Source: Tubiluchus corallicola (taxonomy: Eukaryota; Animalia; Priapulida). Taken from it: a stretch of DNA of 51,734 bases. The number at the start of each line of letters is the position of its first letter. Positions within the stretch are counted from its first letter, which is position 1. Both the position numbers and the translations under genes were made by a program. Positions 49,058 through 51,734 of this stretch are shown piece by piece. The stretch is from NCBI GenBank assembly GCA_030141605.1, contig JAQGDQ010001255.1, positions 1 to 51,734 on the forward strand, in the 5' to 3' direction. The notes beneath the pieces are model-generated. The model was not told the DNA's origin, made no database searches, and was given only the letters and a program-made list of their open reading frames with translations.

Positions 49058-50006
49058 GAGGGAGACAGTGTACTGTTGTACAAACTGTGACTATAGGTCT
49101 CAAAGGACTGCCTATATGTCAAAACACTGGAAGGCATGTCATGGGAGTAGACAAATTCCCGCTACTTGGCCAACTAAGCGTCTTGAAAGGCCACCTCAGG
49201 CAACCTCTGTTGATAAAAGACCTCTGTCACCAGAAGGATCACCAAGATTGAGCCGCTCCAAATGGAGTACAACTAGTGACAGCAGTCTGGAAAGAAAAGA
49301 CGGGAAGAAAGAGCGAGATTTAAAGAGTCATAATCAGAGGTCGGAACAGGAAAGCAAAATCAAAACAGCAAAATCACCCAAAACAAAAAGAGGAACTTCC
49401 CCAGTTACAGTAAGGCCTGAGTTAAGTAATCCGAAGAACAGGGCCTTCAAGCCACCAACAAGCAACTCAACCTTCAGAAATTTCAGAAGCAGAAGTATTG
49501 TGAGGCAGAACAGCACCCATAACCTGACCAACCAAGTTAGAAAACCAACTAGACCTGCCTTACCACACTATAAACCATACAAGGAAACACAGTCGAAAAA
49601 TCTGCCAGTATTCCTTGCACCGCAGTCGGACAAGGTGCCACGAAAAGCTCCACCTCCATGCACAGAGCTAGATCAGATAGTCATGAGGGAAAAGATATTA
49701 AAATTAAAAAATGAGATCATGGAACTAGAGGAGCGATGCAGGGTAGCAGCTCTAAATAAGTGGGAAGCAGTTTTAGAGAAGAAGAGTAAAGAAATTACGG
49801 AGAAGAAAGAAAAAGAGTGGAATGAGGCAGTTGATCGTATGTATGAGAGAATGGAAACAACTGTAAGCAAGTTGGTGAGAAAGGAGGTGGAAAAGTTGGC
49901 TGAAAAGAAGAACACTGAAGGTCAACAACAAATGCCACCCACAAATACAGATATTTCTATAGATCTAGCTGTCTCCTCGGATGACTTCTCCAGTGAAGAG
50001 GACTAA
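49058..50006 (+). CDS. ORF3: C2H2 zinc finger, basic disordered region, coiled coil, acidic tail (not env); second exon of a predicted spliced mRNA
   Basis: Uninterrupted ORF 49020-50006; CTNC-x12-H-x4-H; no signal peptide or TM stretch; acceptor tattttgtctattttAG at 49057. Confidence 0.8.
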
Positions 50007-50445
50007 GGCCATGCAGCTACGTTCCAATATATATTCATACCTACGTTCAACCTACGTTCATATATACATTCCAATATTTCCTAGATAAATTAGATTAAAA
50101 ATTATATATCTTTTATATATATATATATATCATTTGAAGGAATATATCAGCATATCTACAACGGGTTGTTCCAGTATTATATACTTGCTTATTTACTTAT
50201 ATTGTTTACTAGAATGGTGCTATCAAGAATATGTATGGATGTATAAAAATTCCGTTATATTTTACAAGTAAATAAAGCTGTATTCAGTTTAGTAAGTATA
50301 TAAGCTGTATTGGATTTCAATATCAGGATGGCAAAGAAACAAAAAAAAAAAATTTTAAAGGAGCAGTCAACAAAACTCAACAATAGTTTGGTAAGCATAC
50401 CTGATGCTGACAGGAGACAGAGCACCTGAGGGCAGGTGCAGTTTT

Positions 50446-50458
50446 AAGAAAGGGGGAA
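50446..50458 (+). promoter_or_regulatory. Polypurine tract
   Basis: AAGAAAGGGGGAA immediately before the 3' LTR. Confidence 0.9.
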
Positions 50459-50459
50459 T

Positions 50460-51734
50460 TGTAATATTCTCTAAAAAAAATATAATCATCGGAATTTTAA
50501 TATTGTTTACACGCACTATGGACGCAGCCATTATGGATGCTCTTATGTTATGCACATCTTCGCTATTCGGCGAGCACACCAGATGCTGACCGAAAGATAA
50601 ACACAGGGCGATGAAACTTTAGAACCCGGTGAATTCCCGGTTTGGAAAACAAGAAAATAAAAACAAAAAGGATCAAACATAAGCTGATAAATTAGATTAA
50701 ATGTAGACAAACATATGCGCTGTTAAAAAAAGAGCAAAACAAATTGATGAAATTATAATTAGAAGACTGAAAGTAACAAAGTGTAATGAACAGCCCACCC
50801 CTCGGTTACAATGCACAATCCAGGGTAACTTAGCGACGCCGACGCTCAGGCGGCTATATAAAGGGAGGGCCAGGCCATTGACCACACACATCCGAACATT
50901 TTCAAAGTGATAAAGAGCTACAGCAACTGAAGATTCATCTAAACATGGAAAAGAAGCAGGATGAGAAGTAAGTTTTAACTTACTAGATAAAGCTAGCTTT
51001 CAAAACTAGCTAGGATGTGTCAGGAATCTAGAACCTAGAAAAGAGTTCCAGAAATGAAAAGAGTTCCAGAAACACTAGGTTCTAGAAACCAAAAGAGAAG
51101 CTAGAAAAGGGTTTCAGGATTAAAGCAGTTGCAGAGACAAAAAGAGTTCCAGGAAAATCCAAGATTTAAAAGAGTTGCTGAGAGTTCCAGGAAAATCCAA
51201 GATTTAAAAGAGTTGCTGAGAGTTCCAGGAAAATCCAAGATCAAAAGAGTTCCAGTAATTTCCAGGAATTAAAAGAGTTCCAGTAATTTCCAGGAATTAA
51301 AAGAGTTGCAGAAATTTCCTGGAATTAAAAGAGTTGCAGAAATTTCCTGGAATTAAAAGAGTTGCAGAAATTTCCTGGAATTAAAAGAGTTGCAGAAATT
51401 TCCTGGAATTAAAAGAGTTGCAGAAAATTCTTGGAATGAAAGAGTTCCAGAATTAAAAGAGTTGCAGAATTAAAAGAGTTCCAGGAATTAAAAGAGTTCC
51501 AGAATTAAAAGAGTTGCAGAATAGAAGAGTTCCAGAATAAAAGAGTTCCAGGATTAAAAGAGTTGCAGAATAGAAGAGTTCCAGAATTAAAAGAGTTGCA
51601 GAATTGAAAAGAGTTGCAGAATAGAAGAGTTCCAGAATTAAAAGAGTTGCAGAATTGAAAAGAGTTGCAGAATTGAAAAGAGTTGCAGAATTTAAAGAGT
51701 TGCAGAACTTAAAGAGTTGCAGAATTTAAAGAGT
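50460..51734 (+). repeat. 3' LTR (partial), satellite from ~51038 to the window end
   Basis: Direct repeat of 40996 onward with scattered substitutions and A-run indels. Confidence 0.95.

Larger units (their letters stand above)
40996..51734 (+). mobile_element. Ty3/Gypsy LTR retrotransposon, near full length, 3' LTR truncated by the window end
   Basis: LTR-PBS-gag-PR-RT-RH-IN-ORF3-PPT-LTR order; direct repeats start TGTAATATTCTCT at 40996 and 50460. Confidence 0.98.

Noticed and set aside
49020-50006. env gene
   Set aside because: No signal peptide, fusion peptide or transmembrane segment; highly charged with a zinc finger.

Overview
AT-rich invertebrate (metazoan) genomic DNA. Positions 2518-36267 (+) hold the last 24 coding exons of an NPHP4 (nephrocystin-4) orthologue. 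The exons join phase-consistently into about 1264 aa ending at TAA 36265-36267; the N-terminal exons lie upstream of the window. The introns carry five tandem arrays (40, 40/36, 16, 31 and 77 bp units), several MITEs (Tc1/pogo, hAT and Kolobok types), a 5S-rRNA-headed SINE and a long inverted repeat. The 77-bp array is a 14-fold amplification of an exon end plus its splice donor. Downstream are a decayed PIF/Harbinger element, a LINE 3' end, and a young Ty3/Gypsy LTR retrotransposon (40996 to beyond the window end). The retrotransposon has ~2-kb satellite-containing LTRs, a tRNA-Pro PBS, gag, a -1 frameshift site with a pseudoknot, pol (broken by a 55-bp duplication) and a third ORF in the env position. 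The main finding is that this third ORF is not env. It encodes a C2H2 zinc finger, a basic disordered region, a coiled coil and an acidic tail. It has a splice acceptor that joins in frame to an ATG-bearing mini-exon inside the LTR, predicting a spliced accessory protein of 323 aa. All family assignments come from remembered motifs; no database search was run.
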